Under the pieces are notes generated by a model, which was given only the letters and a program-made list of their open reading frames with translations, ran no database searches and was not told where the DNA came from. Of a stretch of 59,731 bases of DNA, positions 33,402 through 42,189 are shown piece after piece. Both the position numbers and the translations under genes were made by a program. Positions within the stretch are counted from its first letter, which is position 1; every line of letters starts with the position of its first letter. The stretch comes from a virus (taxonomy: Duplodnaviria; Caudoviricetes), in IMG/VR virus record IMGVR_UViG_3300010401_000039, positions 1-59,731 of that record; one strand, given 5' to 3'.

Positions 33402-35400
33402 TAAAGTAAATTACCTGTTTGATTCGGTTGCCGCGTTCCCAGACGGGATGAACTCTGGGATGCTCCCTTCCCAGCTTCCTCGCACGCAGTTGGCCTATGC
33501 CACGAATGTTAGCGTGCGCGGGGGATATGCTACTCCTCGCGCACCGAATCGCAAGTTGGCATTGGATTGGGGAGGCGACGCGGTTTTGCAGTCGCGTCAA
33601 CAGAACGCAAGATTTCAAGGCAGCGCCTACTACCGCGCCGACTCCGGCCAAGGCTCGATCATCGCGTCCATCGGCGGGCGCCTGTTCCAGTTCACGCCCG
33701 CGGCTAAGAGCGCGTCGGTCCGCGAAATCACCATCGCCCACAACACCATCGTTGACGTGGGCTTCGCCGTGCCGGCCATCGGCGCGACCGTCACCATCAC
33801 TGTCCTGTCCACGGCGAACCTCGCCGCCAATTACGAAATCCGCATCGGCAACCACAATTACCTCATCGTGTCGGTGGACAGCGCGACCGTGCTCACGGTC
33901 GAGAACATCGACGATCCTGGCCCGCTCGTCGCTGCTGGCGCCGTCCTCACCTTCTGGGACGTGAACCCCGCCTCGCGCACTCAAGCGTGGCTTTGGCAGG
34001 CCGAGAAGTGGATGATTATTAACGACGGCCAAAGCGTGCCCATCTTCTTCGACGGCGCGACCAGCCGACGCTCCGTGCTCGTCGGCGCAAACCCCGAGCT
34101 TCCCATCGCTCGCATGGGCACCTACTGGCTTGGGCGCGTGTGGCAGGCCGGTCCCGATGGGCGCACCTTCATCGCTGGCGATGCCGTTGGCGGTGCGAGC
34201 GGTACAGCAGCATACCAGTTTCGCGACGCCGTCCTGCACGTCACCGAAAATACCTACCTCGCCTCGAACAAGGTCTTTTACGTCCCCGGTAACGTGGGCG
34301 AAATCACCGCCATTCGCGGCGTGCCCACCCTCGACGCGTCCCTTGGTCAAGGCCCAGTGCAAATCCTCACGCCTGAAATCGTCTTCTCCTGCAACGCGCC
34401 CACCGTGACCGCCGACTGGGCGACCGTCACCAACCCCATCCTGACCGTGTCGCAGGTCGAAAGCGGTGGCCTATCCCAATACAGCACCGTGGTCGCGAAG
34501 GGCGACCTCTGGTATCGCGGCACCGTCGGCATCTGGTCGCTCATCCTTGGCCGACGCGACTTCGCCACCTGGGGCAACGTGCCCATGAGCCGCGAAGTAT
34601 CCAACGTGCTCGACAAGGACGACCCGGCATTGCTCCAGTACTCCAGTGCCGTCGTGTTCGACAACCGCTTGCTAATGACCGTCTCGCCTGTGTTCACTCA
34701 GCACGGCGTCCTGCATCGCGGCTGGGTCGCGCTCAATTTCGACCTCATTAGCAGCCTGCGCGGCAAAGCGCCAACCGTGTGGGAGAGTGTTGACACCGGC
34801 ATCAGCGTCCTCCAGTTCGTCAAAGGCATGTTCAACGGCGTCGAGCGCTGCTTCGCCTTCGTCTTAAATGCCGCACAGGAAATCGAACTGTGGGAAGTGC
34901 TCAAGAGCGAAACCGATATCATCGAGGACAACGACCAGACGCCACTCATTTGGTCGCTGGAGACCGCAGCGCTTGACTTCCACAACACTGACCCGCGCCA
35001 CTTCATCAACCGCCTCGAAGACGGTGAAGGCTACTTCTACGACGTGCGCGGACGCGTTGACGTGACGGTGTATTGGCGTGCCGACGAATACCCGTGCTGG
35101 AACCAATGGACACGCTTTTCGCTCTGCGCCGAACGCGCCTCTTGCGAAGCCGACCCGCTCACCGGCTGCGCCCGCATCACCAACGTCCCGCCGCAAATCC
35201 GCGACCCCATCGGCTTTGGCAAGCCCGAGAGCTTGTGCGACGAAATCAACGACCGCCCGCTTACCGATGGCAGGCGTATCCAGTTCCGCCTCCTGATTCA
35301 AGGCCACGCGAGGTTCTTCGGCGCGTCGTTCATGTCGTCGCTTGTGCCCATGCCCAAATTCGCTCGACCTTTGTGTACTTTGCAGGAAGACTCACGATAG
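33385..35400 (+). CDS. Virion tail nozzle / DNA stabilisation protein (P22 gp10 / T7 gp12-like role)
   Basis: 671 aa, FPDGMNS...ATNVSVRGG start, beta-propeller-like composition, position in the virion operon. Confidence 0.55.
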   Translation: MSGLADKVNYLFDSVAAFPDGMNSGMLPSQLPRTQLAYATNVSVRGGYATPRAPNRKLALDWGGDAVLQSRQQNARFQGSAYYRADSGQGSIIASIGGRLFQFTPAAKSASVREITIAHNTIVDVGFAVPAIGATVTITVLSTANLAANYEIRIGNHNYLIVSVDSATVLTVENIDDPGPLVAAGAVLTFWDVNPASRTQAWLWQAEKWMIINDGQSVPIFFDGATSRRSVLVGANPELPIARMGTYWLGRVWQAGPDGRTFIAGDAVGGASGTAAYQFRDAVLHVTENTYLASNKVFYVPGNVGEITAIRGVPTLDASLGQGPVQILTPEIVFSCNAPTVTADWATVTNPILTVSQVESGGLSQYSTVVAKGDLWYRGTVGIWSLILGRRDFATWGNVPMSREVSNVLDKDDPALLQYSSAVVFDNRLLMTVSPVFTQHGVLHRGWVALNFDLISSLRGKAPTVWESVDTGISVLQFVKGMFNGVERCFAFVLNAAQEIELWEVLKSETDIIEDNDQTPLIWSLETAALDFHNTDPRHFINRLEDGEGYFYDVRGRVDVTVYWRADEYPCWNQWTRFSLCAERASCEADPLTGCARITNVPPQIRDPIGFGKPESLCDEINDRPLTDGRRIQFRLLIQGHARFFGASFMSSLVPMPKFARPLCTLQEDSR

Positions 35401-35402
35401 TT

Positions 35403-35969
35403 ATGGCACGCACACCACGCCCCTATATTTGTCAGCTTTGCGGCAAATCCTTCATGGCTGACTGGAAAAATCCGAAGTGTTGCTCTCATGCGTGCGCGGC
35501 AAAAATGACCATAGGCAAAGTTGGAGCAGAAAGCCGATGGTGGAAAGGCGGTCGAAGGCTCACGAATTGGGGTTACATAGACGCTTGGACTGGGCCGAAC
35601 ACAGCAAAACGCGAGCATCGCATATTGGCTGAACGTGCGCTAGGCCATCCTTTGCCCAAAGGTGCGGTTATTCATCATTGGGATGAGAACAAATCGAACA
35701 ACTCTCCCGGCAATCTGGTAATTTGCCAAGACAACGCCTACCACAAATTGCTGCACGCTCGAAAGCGTCGATTGGACGATACCGGATCGTTCGATTTGAA
35801 GCGGTGTCGTGTGTGCAAAGTCGTGAAGGCTGTGTCGGCTTTCTCTGTCGCTAAATTGGAATGGGACGGCAAACGTAGCGCCTGTAAGGAATGTGATAAC
35901 GCTAGAAACCTTGAGTACTATTATCAGGCGCGAGCGAAAGGCAAAGCGTGGGCACTCCGACACACGTAG
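35403..35969 (+). CDS. HNH endonuclease with Zn fingers
   Basis: CQLCGK, WKGG...GY, EHRILAERALGHPL...IHHWDENKSNNSPGNL, CRVC...CKEC. Confidence 0.88.
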   Translation: MARTPRPYICQLCGKSFMADWKNPKCCSHACAAKMTIGKVGAESRWWKGGRRLTNWGYIDAWTGPNTAKREHRILAERALGHPLPKGAVIHHWDENKSNNSPGNLVICQDNAYHKLLHARKRRLDDTGSFDLKRCRVCKVVKAVSAFSVAKLEWDGKRSACKECDNARNLEYYYQARAKGKAWALRHT

Positions 35970-37906
35970 AATGCTTTGAGGGTCCAGAGTGTTGTCCTGT
36001 TCCGGCACCGCCATTTTACACACAGGGCAGAGTTTACGCGTCCGATCAAACTGGGTTCCTGTTGCAGTGCCAAAGTGGATTCTCCTGCGATCCGGGGGCA
36101 TACCCGCATCCCATAGTTATTCCAAAGGGTGCGATTCCTTTCACACCGCCGACGGGCATGAATCCTTTGCGATTTACATGTTGTGACGGCGCAATCGCGA
36201 TTAGGTATCTGGCAGACGGATTTACACAACAAGAGTTTGACCAAGCGGCGCAGTCGATTGCTAATGAAGCCGCCCAGCACCTCGCGCTCTGCGAAGCCGC
36301 CGCTTACAACGCGCAGCACGCCCGCCAGAACCCGAACTGCGTCATCTCCACGCCCGGCACGTTGCCCGAAGCCTTCTCCGGCACCGACTACTTGGCGACC
36401 TTGGAACAGTCCGGCGCACTCGCGCCCGTCGTGTGGACGGTGGTTGGCGGCACTTTGCCTGGTGGCTTGAGCCTGTCCGCTGATGGTGTCATTTCCGGTA
36501 TGCCGATGGTGTCGGGGCTGTTCACGTTCGTTGCGCAAGCCACAGGCGCAGCCGAACCCGTCACAGGCAGGCGTCTTGTGTGCAAGCGCGTGTTCCGGCT
36601 CACCGTCTCGACTGACGTGCCCTGCGACCTCGGCGTCAGCGACAACACCAGCTTCGGCGACCGCGCCCTGAACACATTCGACTCCACCGCCACCGTTCAG
36701 TGGACGAGCCTGAAGATCGGCACCTACACCGTGCAATACGTCAGCGGCGGTGTCGCCTCCAACTTTCCGGTGCTCGGCTCCGGCCCTTCGTCGCCGTGGT
36801 TGGTCAACCCGCAGTTCTTCGCCGGGCCGCCCGACAGCAACGCCCAGCTTGTCCATGACGGCACCACGCGCCTTGAACTGCCTTGGGGCAAGTGCGCCGA
36901 AGCCTCCTTGGCCGATCTCGAAGCCAACTTCGACGGCAACGCCGTGGGCTGTGGCACCGCAGGCGGGTTCTTGCCGCCACAGGGGCGCACCATCCAGTTC
37001 CAGAGCCTCGGCGCGACCATCTTCATCGACGTGCAGACCACCTGGGCACCCAACTCCGGCGCATCCAACTGGCGTCTCACGCGCATCCGCAAGCCCGCGC
37101 TCGACTACCAAGCGATGCAGCTTCGCATCGTCAATCTCGCGTCGGTGCTCACCAGCCTGACGCCATTCTCCGGCTGCGCCGCTGGTGCTGGCACCCTTTG
37201 GGATGGCACCTTTCCGGCGTTCGAGCCGAACCTTAACTACGTCAATTACGAGTGGCGCGTCACCAGCGGCTTTGCGCCGTTCCAGCTCAATAGCGCGCTC
37301 CTCGACACGCCCGCCGCCGTTAAGGTCTATCACGACACCGCTGGCCAAGCGACGCCCACCGGATGTGCGTGGATTCTCGCCGTCACCTACCTCCACCCCG
37401 TCCAGGGCAACGTCGTCTCGTGGGTTGGCCTTGGCGGCGCTGGCTACGCGCCCGCTGGCACCTTCGTCTTATCCTCCGACGTGGTCGGCTGGACGATGTT
37501 CGGCAAGAAAACCGCGTGGCGAGTTGCCACGACCGTTGCGCTGCCAGCCAATACCCGCGTCCTAAATGTCCTCACCGCGAATGCCAACGGCGCGTTGCCT
37601 GCCATCGACGGCATCGCCTTGTCCGTCGCCGACCGCGTCTTGGTCAAGGACGAGGCGACGGGCGCAAACAACGGCAGCTACGTCGTCACCTCCCTTGGCA
37701 GTGGCGGTACGCCTTGGGTGCTTACGCGTTCCGCCGACCTCGATACCAGCGCCGAAATGTTGCGCGGCATCTTCGCCCCCGTCACCGACGGCCTCACGCT
37801 CGCCGGCTCCCACTTCCGCCTCGTCACCAACGGCGTCATCACGCTCAACGCGACCGCTCTGTCCTTTACCGCCATCGCGCCCACCATCGCCGTCGAGGAG
37901 TATTGA
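35948..37906 (+). CDS. Virion/tail protein with putative Ig (He_PIG-like) and fibre-base domains
   Basis: WTVVGGTLPGGLSLSADGVISGMP and IDGIALSVADRVLVKDEATGANNGSYVV...WVLTRSAD. Cys-rich N-terminus. Confidence 0.75.
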   Translation: MGTPTHVECFEGPECCPVPAPPFYTQGRVYASDQTGFLLQCQSGFSCDPGAYPHPIVIPKGAIPFTPPTGMNPLRFTCCDGAIAIRYLADGFTQQEFDQAAQSIANEAAQHLALCEAAAYNAQHARQNPNCVISTPGTLPEAFSGTDYLATLEQSGALAPVVWTVVGGTLPGGLSLSADGVISGMPMVSGLFTFVAQATGAAEPVTGRRLVCKRVFRLTVSTDVPCDLGVSDNTSFGDRALNTFDSTATVQWTSLKIGTYTVQYVSGGVASNFPVLGSGPSSPWLVNPQFFAGPPDSNAQLVHDGTTRLELPWGKCAEASLADLEANFDGNAVGCGTAGGFLPPQGRTIQFQSLGATIFIDVQTTWAPNSGASNWRLTRIRKPALDYQAMQLRIVNLASVLTSLTPFSGCAAGAGTLWDGTFPAFEPNLNYVNYEWRVTSGFAPFQLNSALLDTPAAVKVYHDTAGQATPTGCAWILAVTYLHPVQGNVVSWVGLGGAGYAPAGTFVLSSDVVGWTMFGKKTAWRVATTVALPANTRVLNVLTANANGALPAIDGIALSVADRVLVKDEATGANNGSYVVTSLGSGGTPWVLTRSADLDTSAEMLRGIFAPVTDGLTLAGSHFRLVTNGVITLNATALSFTAIAPTIAVEEY

Positions 37907-38023
37907 CAGCGCCCGCCGTCCGCCTCATGCTGCCCGCGCTGGTCTCCCCGGCCAGCCGTCCTAAACTCGGGAACCTTGGTGAAAAGTGGGCGCTCGCGAT
38001 TGCATACCGCGGGCGCTCTTTTG
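37903..38023 (+). ncRNA. Candidate small RNA (promoter, hairpin, terminator)
   Basis: TTGACA(37903)-17-CATGCT. Hairpin GCTGG..CCAGC. GGGCGCTCGCG/CGCGGGCGCTC followed by a T-run. Confidence 0.45.
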
Positions 38024-38058
38024 CTTTCGTTCGCGTTGCGGTTCTGTTGAAATCAGCG

Positions 38059-38161
38059 CATCGGATTCAGAGCCGATGGAAGCCACAAATCAATTTGCAC
38101 CTGCTCGCTCTTGTGAGACGGTACCCTGCCAGTCTTCTCTGAAACCTGAGCGGGCGGGTGT
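38059..38161 (+). ncRNA. Pseudoknotted 5'-leader RNA motif, copy 5
   Basis: P1 CATCGG[ATTCAGAG]CCGATG. P2 GCACCTGCTCGCTC/GAGCGGGCGGGTGT. Loop complement CTCTGAA. Overlaps the GIY-YIG start. Confidence 0.75.
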
Positions 38162-38933
38162 AACTTTCATTTATGCTTTGCGTGATCCGCGCACGTCGGC
38201 CGTTAGGTACATTGGGAAAGCTGACGACGTAGAGAAGCGCTTAATGGGCCACATTTACGACTCCCGCCACGAAACGAACCGTAAAGCAAATTGGATTAAG
38301 CTGCTGCTGCGGCAAGGGCTAAAGCCAATTATCGAAGTCATTGACCAAGTAGCGCAATCTGAGTGGATGCCAGCTGAGTCGGCCTACATAATTTTTTACA
38401 AGGAAGAAGGCGCAGACTTGCTAAACACAACGCTTGGTGGCGATGGTTGGGGCGCGGGCGAAGATCATCCTAAGTTTGGAAAGCGCCAATCGCCTGAGGC
38501 CATTGAGAAAATGCGTCAGACAAAGCTGGGCAAGAAGCTCTCTGTAGAAGCCCGCGCCAATATGCGTGCGGCTGGTAAACGAAGGAAGCCGCCGTCTGAC
38601 GAAACACGGGCAAAGTTGAGTGCGGCGAGCGCTGGAAGAAAGTATTCCGTTGCGGCTCGTGCAAATATGAGTGCCGCACAGAGAAAGAGAAAGCATTCTC
38701 CCGCAACTCGCGCTAAAATCGGCGCGGCACAAAGAGGTAAGAAGCGTTCTCCCGAAGCCATCGCTAAAATTGTTGCAGCAAACACAGGCAAAAAGCGGTC
38801 TGACGCGATTCGCGCTAAAATGCGGGCAGCTTGGGTAATTCGGCGCGAACAAAATCGGTCGCTCGTTTTCCATTGTAAACCCACCGGAAAAGGGCCATTG
38901 GTAGTGACGTGGCAGCAGATGACATTATTTTAA
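38076..38933 (+). CDS. GIY-YIG homing endonuclease with NUMOD3 repeats
   Basis: FIYALRDP...RYIGKA...R...H...E...LLNTTLGGDG and repeated S.E.RAK(M/I)SAA motifs. Confidence 0.9.
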   Translation: MEATNQFAPARSCETVPCQSSLKPERAGVTFIYALRDPRTSAVRYIGKADDVEKRLMGHIYDSRHETNRKANWIKLLLRQGLKPIIEVIDQVAQSEWMPAESAYIIFYKEEGADLLNTTLGGDGWGAGEDHPKFGKRQSPEAIEKMRQTKLGKKLSVEARANMRAAGKRRKPPSDETRAKLSAASAGRKYSVAARANMSAAQRKRKHSPATRAKIGAAQRGKKRSPEAIAKIVAANTGKKRSDAIRAKMRAAWVIRREQNRSLVFHCKPTGKGPLVVTWQQMTLF

Positions 38934-39463
38934 GAACTGCGGTTTCGCCGTTTCCTCCAGGGTATTGCCCGAGCAGCCAACAGCAATTTGCAAACGACAT
39001 AGCGGCGGCGCTTGAGGTTTTCCTGCCAAATGACTTCGGCTTCATTGTTATTTCGTCGTCGCAGCCTACGGTTGAACAACGGTCGCGCATTTGGGCAAAA
39101 GTGGATGCCTCAACTGGCGTTATCGTTGGCTTCTATACTTGGAATTTGATTGTGGGGGCTTGGGTGAAAAATCACTGGGGCGCTGGTGTTGCTCCCACGA
39201 ATCTGCGCCAGATTTATGTTGGTTCTGCGCTGTCGCTGGAGACGTTTGACGGCGGTCAGTCAGGCACAGTCAGTCAAAGCACAGGTCCATTTTGGCAGAT
39301 TGATAGCGCCTTTTCCGACAAGTGGCCCTTGGGCGTGGGCGCACTCATCGCCGCACCCCTCGCCACTTTGAGCGTGTTCGACGATGCTACGCCGGGCGTG
39401 CCGGATGCAATCGGCTGCTATTTTATTCGACCAACCACACGCATTTGGGACGTTGCAACATGA
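38909..39463 (+). CDS. Virion protein
   Basis: Located in the structural operon and coupled to the next gene. Confidence 0.65.
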   Translation: MAADDIILRTAVSPFPPGYCPSSQQQFANDIAAALEVFLPNDFGFIVISSSQPTVEQRSRIWAKVDASTGVIVGFYTWNLIVGAWVKNHWGAGVAPTNLRQIYVGSALSLETFDGGQSGTVSQSTGPFWQIDSAFSDKWPLGVGALIAAPLATLSVFDDATPGVPDAIGCYFIRPTTRIWDVAT

Positions 39464-40503
39464 CCTTCGGCGAACTTCGACAAACGCGGGCGTCAGACGT
39501 AGTGGGCGTCTGCTCGAACAAGGAGACGTTTCGCGCCCTGACCAATGAGGCCACCTCTCGGCTGATGACGAGGGGGAACTTTTGGGCGACCGTCACGAAG
39601 CTGCGCACCTGCGTCCGGTGCCGCGCCATCGTATGGCCTCGCGCCGTTGACACCGTGCTCGCGACCAACATTTGCGGCACGCCTGTCGCAAACAGCGGTT
39701 ACTGGTATCAATTCCTTCCGATGAACGGTGCGGACTTCGGCAGCTTGCGCGGCTGGGGCACATTCGGCGCAGGTGGCATCGGGCGCGGTAGCTGCGGCAA
39801 CGTTGTCATCCTGCACGACGGACCTGTGCCGGTGCAGGCGCAGTTGACGTGCGGCAACCCGCGTTACATTCGCGCCTTCGCCTCCTATCAAGCTGACCTC
39901 GGCAAGCATATCATCATCTTTGGCATCGACGATAACGGGCAAGTCATAATGACGAAGCGGGATGACGGCACATGGCAGCCCGGCGTCCAGCTCACGCTCG
40001 CGTCGCCCTTCGTCGGCACGCCCTTCCTTGTGCGCGAAGTGACCCGCGTGCTTAAGGACGCGACGATGGGTCCGGTGCGTCTCTATGCCTATGACGCCGT
40101 CCACGACGTAATGGAGGACATGGCTTACTACGCGCCTAGCGAACGGTCGCCCGCCTTCTTGCACAGCACCATTCGCGGTCTGCGACGCGTCACGCTCGCA
40201 GGCGTCTCCAATTGCAACGGCCTCACCAGTATCGAGGCGCTCGTCAAGCTGCGCTTCATCGCCGTCGAGACCGACGACGACGAGGTGCTCATTCCGAATT
40301 GGACCGCGCTCAAGCTGATGATGTTGTCCATTCGCGCCGAGGACGCAGGCAGCACCAGCGAAGCGCTCGCGCTACAGGCGCGCTCTGTCCACGAACTGAA
40401 CCTTGAGCTTCGGTTGCATGTGCCCGAGGACCAAATTCCCATTGCCATCGAGCCGTTCGGCAGCGCGACGCCCCGCAGCGTCGGGGTCGGTTGCCTCGTT
40501 TAG
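39460..40503 (+). CDS. Putative head-tail adaptor (tail tubular A / gp4-like)
   Basis: MTFGELR...LTNEATSRL start and helical C-terminus typical of adaptors. Position. Confidence 0.5.
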   Translation: MTFGELRQTRASDVVGVCSNKETFRALTNEATSRLMTRGNFWATVTKLRTCVRCRAIVWPRAVDTVLATNICGTPVANSGYWYQFLPMNGADFGSLRGWGTFGAGGIGRGSCGNVVILHDGPVPVQAQLTCGNPRYIRAFASYQADLGKHIIIFGIDDNGQVIMTKRDDGTWQPGVQLTLASPFVGTPFLVREVTRVLKDATMGPVRLYAYDAVHDVMEDMAYYAPSERSPAFLHSTIRGLRRVTLAGVSNCNGLTSIEALVKLRFIAVETDDDEVLIPNWTALKLMMLSIRAEDAGSTSEALALQARSVHELNLELRLHVPEDQIPIAIEPFGSATPRSVGVGCLV

Positions 40504-40506
40504 CCT

Positions 40507-41451
40507 ATGCCACGTTCATCCAGCACACGCACCGGAGACTTCAACTTCACGCCGTTGCCATTCACAGGCGGGACGTCGCCCTTCAACCTCAACGCCGCGC
40601 CACGCACCGGCCAAGGCCCGTTTGGGCTTGTGCCAGGAGCCATTGGCCTGCCGAACGTTTACAATGACGTGGCGGGCGCTTTCCCCGGCTTGAGCGGCAA
40701 CCTCGGCAAGCTGTCGGCGACCATCGGCAGCGAGTTGTCAGGCGAACTCGACCCGGAGACAATCGCCATGCTCCAGAACACGGCCGCGCAGTTCGGCATT
40801 GGCGCAGGCGTTCCGCTCAGCCCGTTCGTGGGTGCCAAGGGGCTGCGCCAGCTCGGGCTAACAGCCGAGGCGCAGAAATCCAAGGGCGCGGCTGACCTTC
40901 TCGCAGCGCTGCCGACCGTGGCGAAGACGCTGACGGTGTCGCCCGAGACGCAGCTTGACGTGGCCAATCGCAACGCGACCTTCAACGCCGCACCCGATCC
41001 GCAGGCCGCAGCACGCGAAGCCGAGCGCCTGTTCAACGCGTACTTGGCCAAGACGCAGCGCGGCGGCGGTGGTGGCATTTCTTATGGCGGTGGTGGCGGT
41101 GGCGCGCCGCGCAACCTGAATGCGCCCGCCAACTTCAACGCCGGTCCGTGGGCACCGTTCTCCGGCGACAGCGTGTGGGGCAGCATACCCACGACGCCTT
41201 ACTATGCGGGCACTGGCATCAATTGGGGTGCTCAAGGCGGTGCGCCACAAGACTTGTGGAGCGGCACGCGTGGTGGCTTCCCCGGACCCGAAGGCGGCTC
41301 CTACGCGACACCGGGCGGCGGTGGCTTTATGGACTGGTTTAACGACCCGTTCATCGGCGGCGGTGCGGGCGCAGGCTTCGCTGGTGGCAACTGGGGCGAT
41401 GACATGGCGTTGCAGCCCATCTATCCTGACTTCCCTGAGTGGGACTTCTGA
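40507..41451 (+). CDS. Gly-rich internal virion/ejection protein
   Basis: First of three consecutive low-complexity helical ORFs. No Cys. Confidence 0.55.
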   Translation: MPRSSSTRTGDFNFTPLPFTGGTSPFNLNAAPRTGQGPFGLVPGAIGLPNVYNDVAGAFPGLSGNLGKLSATIGSELSGELDPETIAMLQNTAAQFGIGAGVPLSPFVGAKGLRQLGLTAEAQKSKGAADLLAALPTVAKTLTVSPETQLDVANRNATFNAAPDPQAAAREAERLFNAYLAKTQRGGGGGISYGGGGGGAPRNLNAPANFNAGPWAPFSGDSVWGSIPTTPYYAGTGINWGAQGGAPQDLWSGTRGGFPGPEGGSYATPGGGGFMDWFNDPFIGGGAGAGFAGGNWGDDMALQPIYPDFPEWDF

Positions 41452-41454
41452 CGC

Positions 41455-42183
41455 ATGGCATTGTCAACGTCATTACCGTGGCTCGACATCACGCCGAACC
41501 TGTTCTCGCAGGCGCTTCAAGCTGGGGCGCATGTCGGCCTCGCGCTGAGCGACCAGAGCCTTCGAGCGCAGGCGATGGCGCAGGCGCAGCTAGAGCGACA
41601 AGCGCAGGCTCAGGAACGCGCTGACGTGCAAGCCGAGCGCCAGCGCGAGTTCGAGGAGACGCGCCTGCTCAACGTGCAGAAGATTGCCCAGGACGCCCAA
41701 GCCTTGGCACAAAAGCAGGCTTACGAGAACGCCCGAGAATCGCGCCTGTTCAAGTCTGCCCAAGCCAGGCTCGCCGTTGATTGGGCCAGAGCCGACACGG
41801 CGGAAAAGCGGCAGGAAGCGCTCGACAAGTTGGCTACGTCTCGGCTCGACCAGCAGAAAACCGCTCTGGCCCTGCGCACCAAGCATTACAACGAACTTGA
41901 GCAGCACAACCGCGACATGCTGGACTTTCAGCGGGAAAAGGCGGCGAAGGAGAAAGCGCCCACCGTCGTCAAGAACGTCTATGATCCAGCTAATCCATTC
42001 GTTGCCATCGGCAGTGTGCGCGGCACGCTCGACCAAGTCGGAATGCCCGGCGAAGTTGATAACAGTGCGGTGCTGCCCATACCCGCCACGAAAGAAGAAC
42101 TCGTCAAAGGTAAGCGATACCGCGACCGGCAGAATCGCGTGTTGGAGTGGGACGGCGAGAACTTCTTGGACTATTCACAGTGA
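41455..42183 (+). CDS. Coiled-coil internal virion/ejection protein
   Basis: Q/E/R/A-rich with C-terminal LVKGKRY...WDG. Confidence 0.55.
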   Translation: MALSTSLPWLDITPNLFSQALQAGAHVGLALSDQSLRAQAMAQAQLERQAQAQERADVQAERQREFEETRLLNVQKIAQDAQALAQKQAYENARESRLFKSAQARLAVDWARADTAEKRQEALDKLATSRLDQQKTALALRTKHYNELEQHNRDMLDFQREKAAKEKAPTVVKNVYDPANPFVAIGSVRGTLDQVGMPGEVDNSAVLPIPATKEELVKGKRYRDRQNRVLEWDGENFLDYSQ

Positions 42184-42189
42184 TCCGCA

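Noticed and set aside
35924-37396. Long antisense ORFs (also 33358..34362, 52185..53732, 58632..59615)
   Set aside because: Expected mirror frames of high-GC3 genes on the opposite strand.
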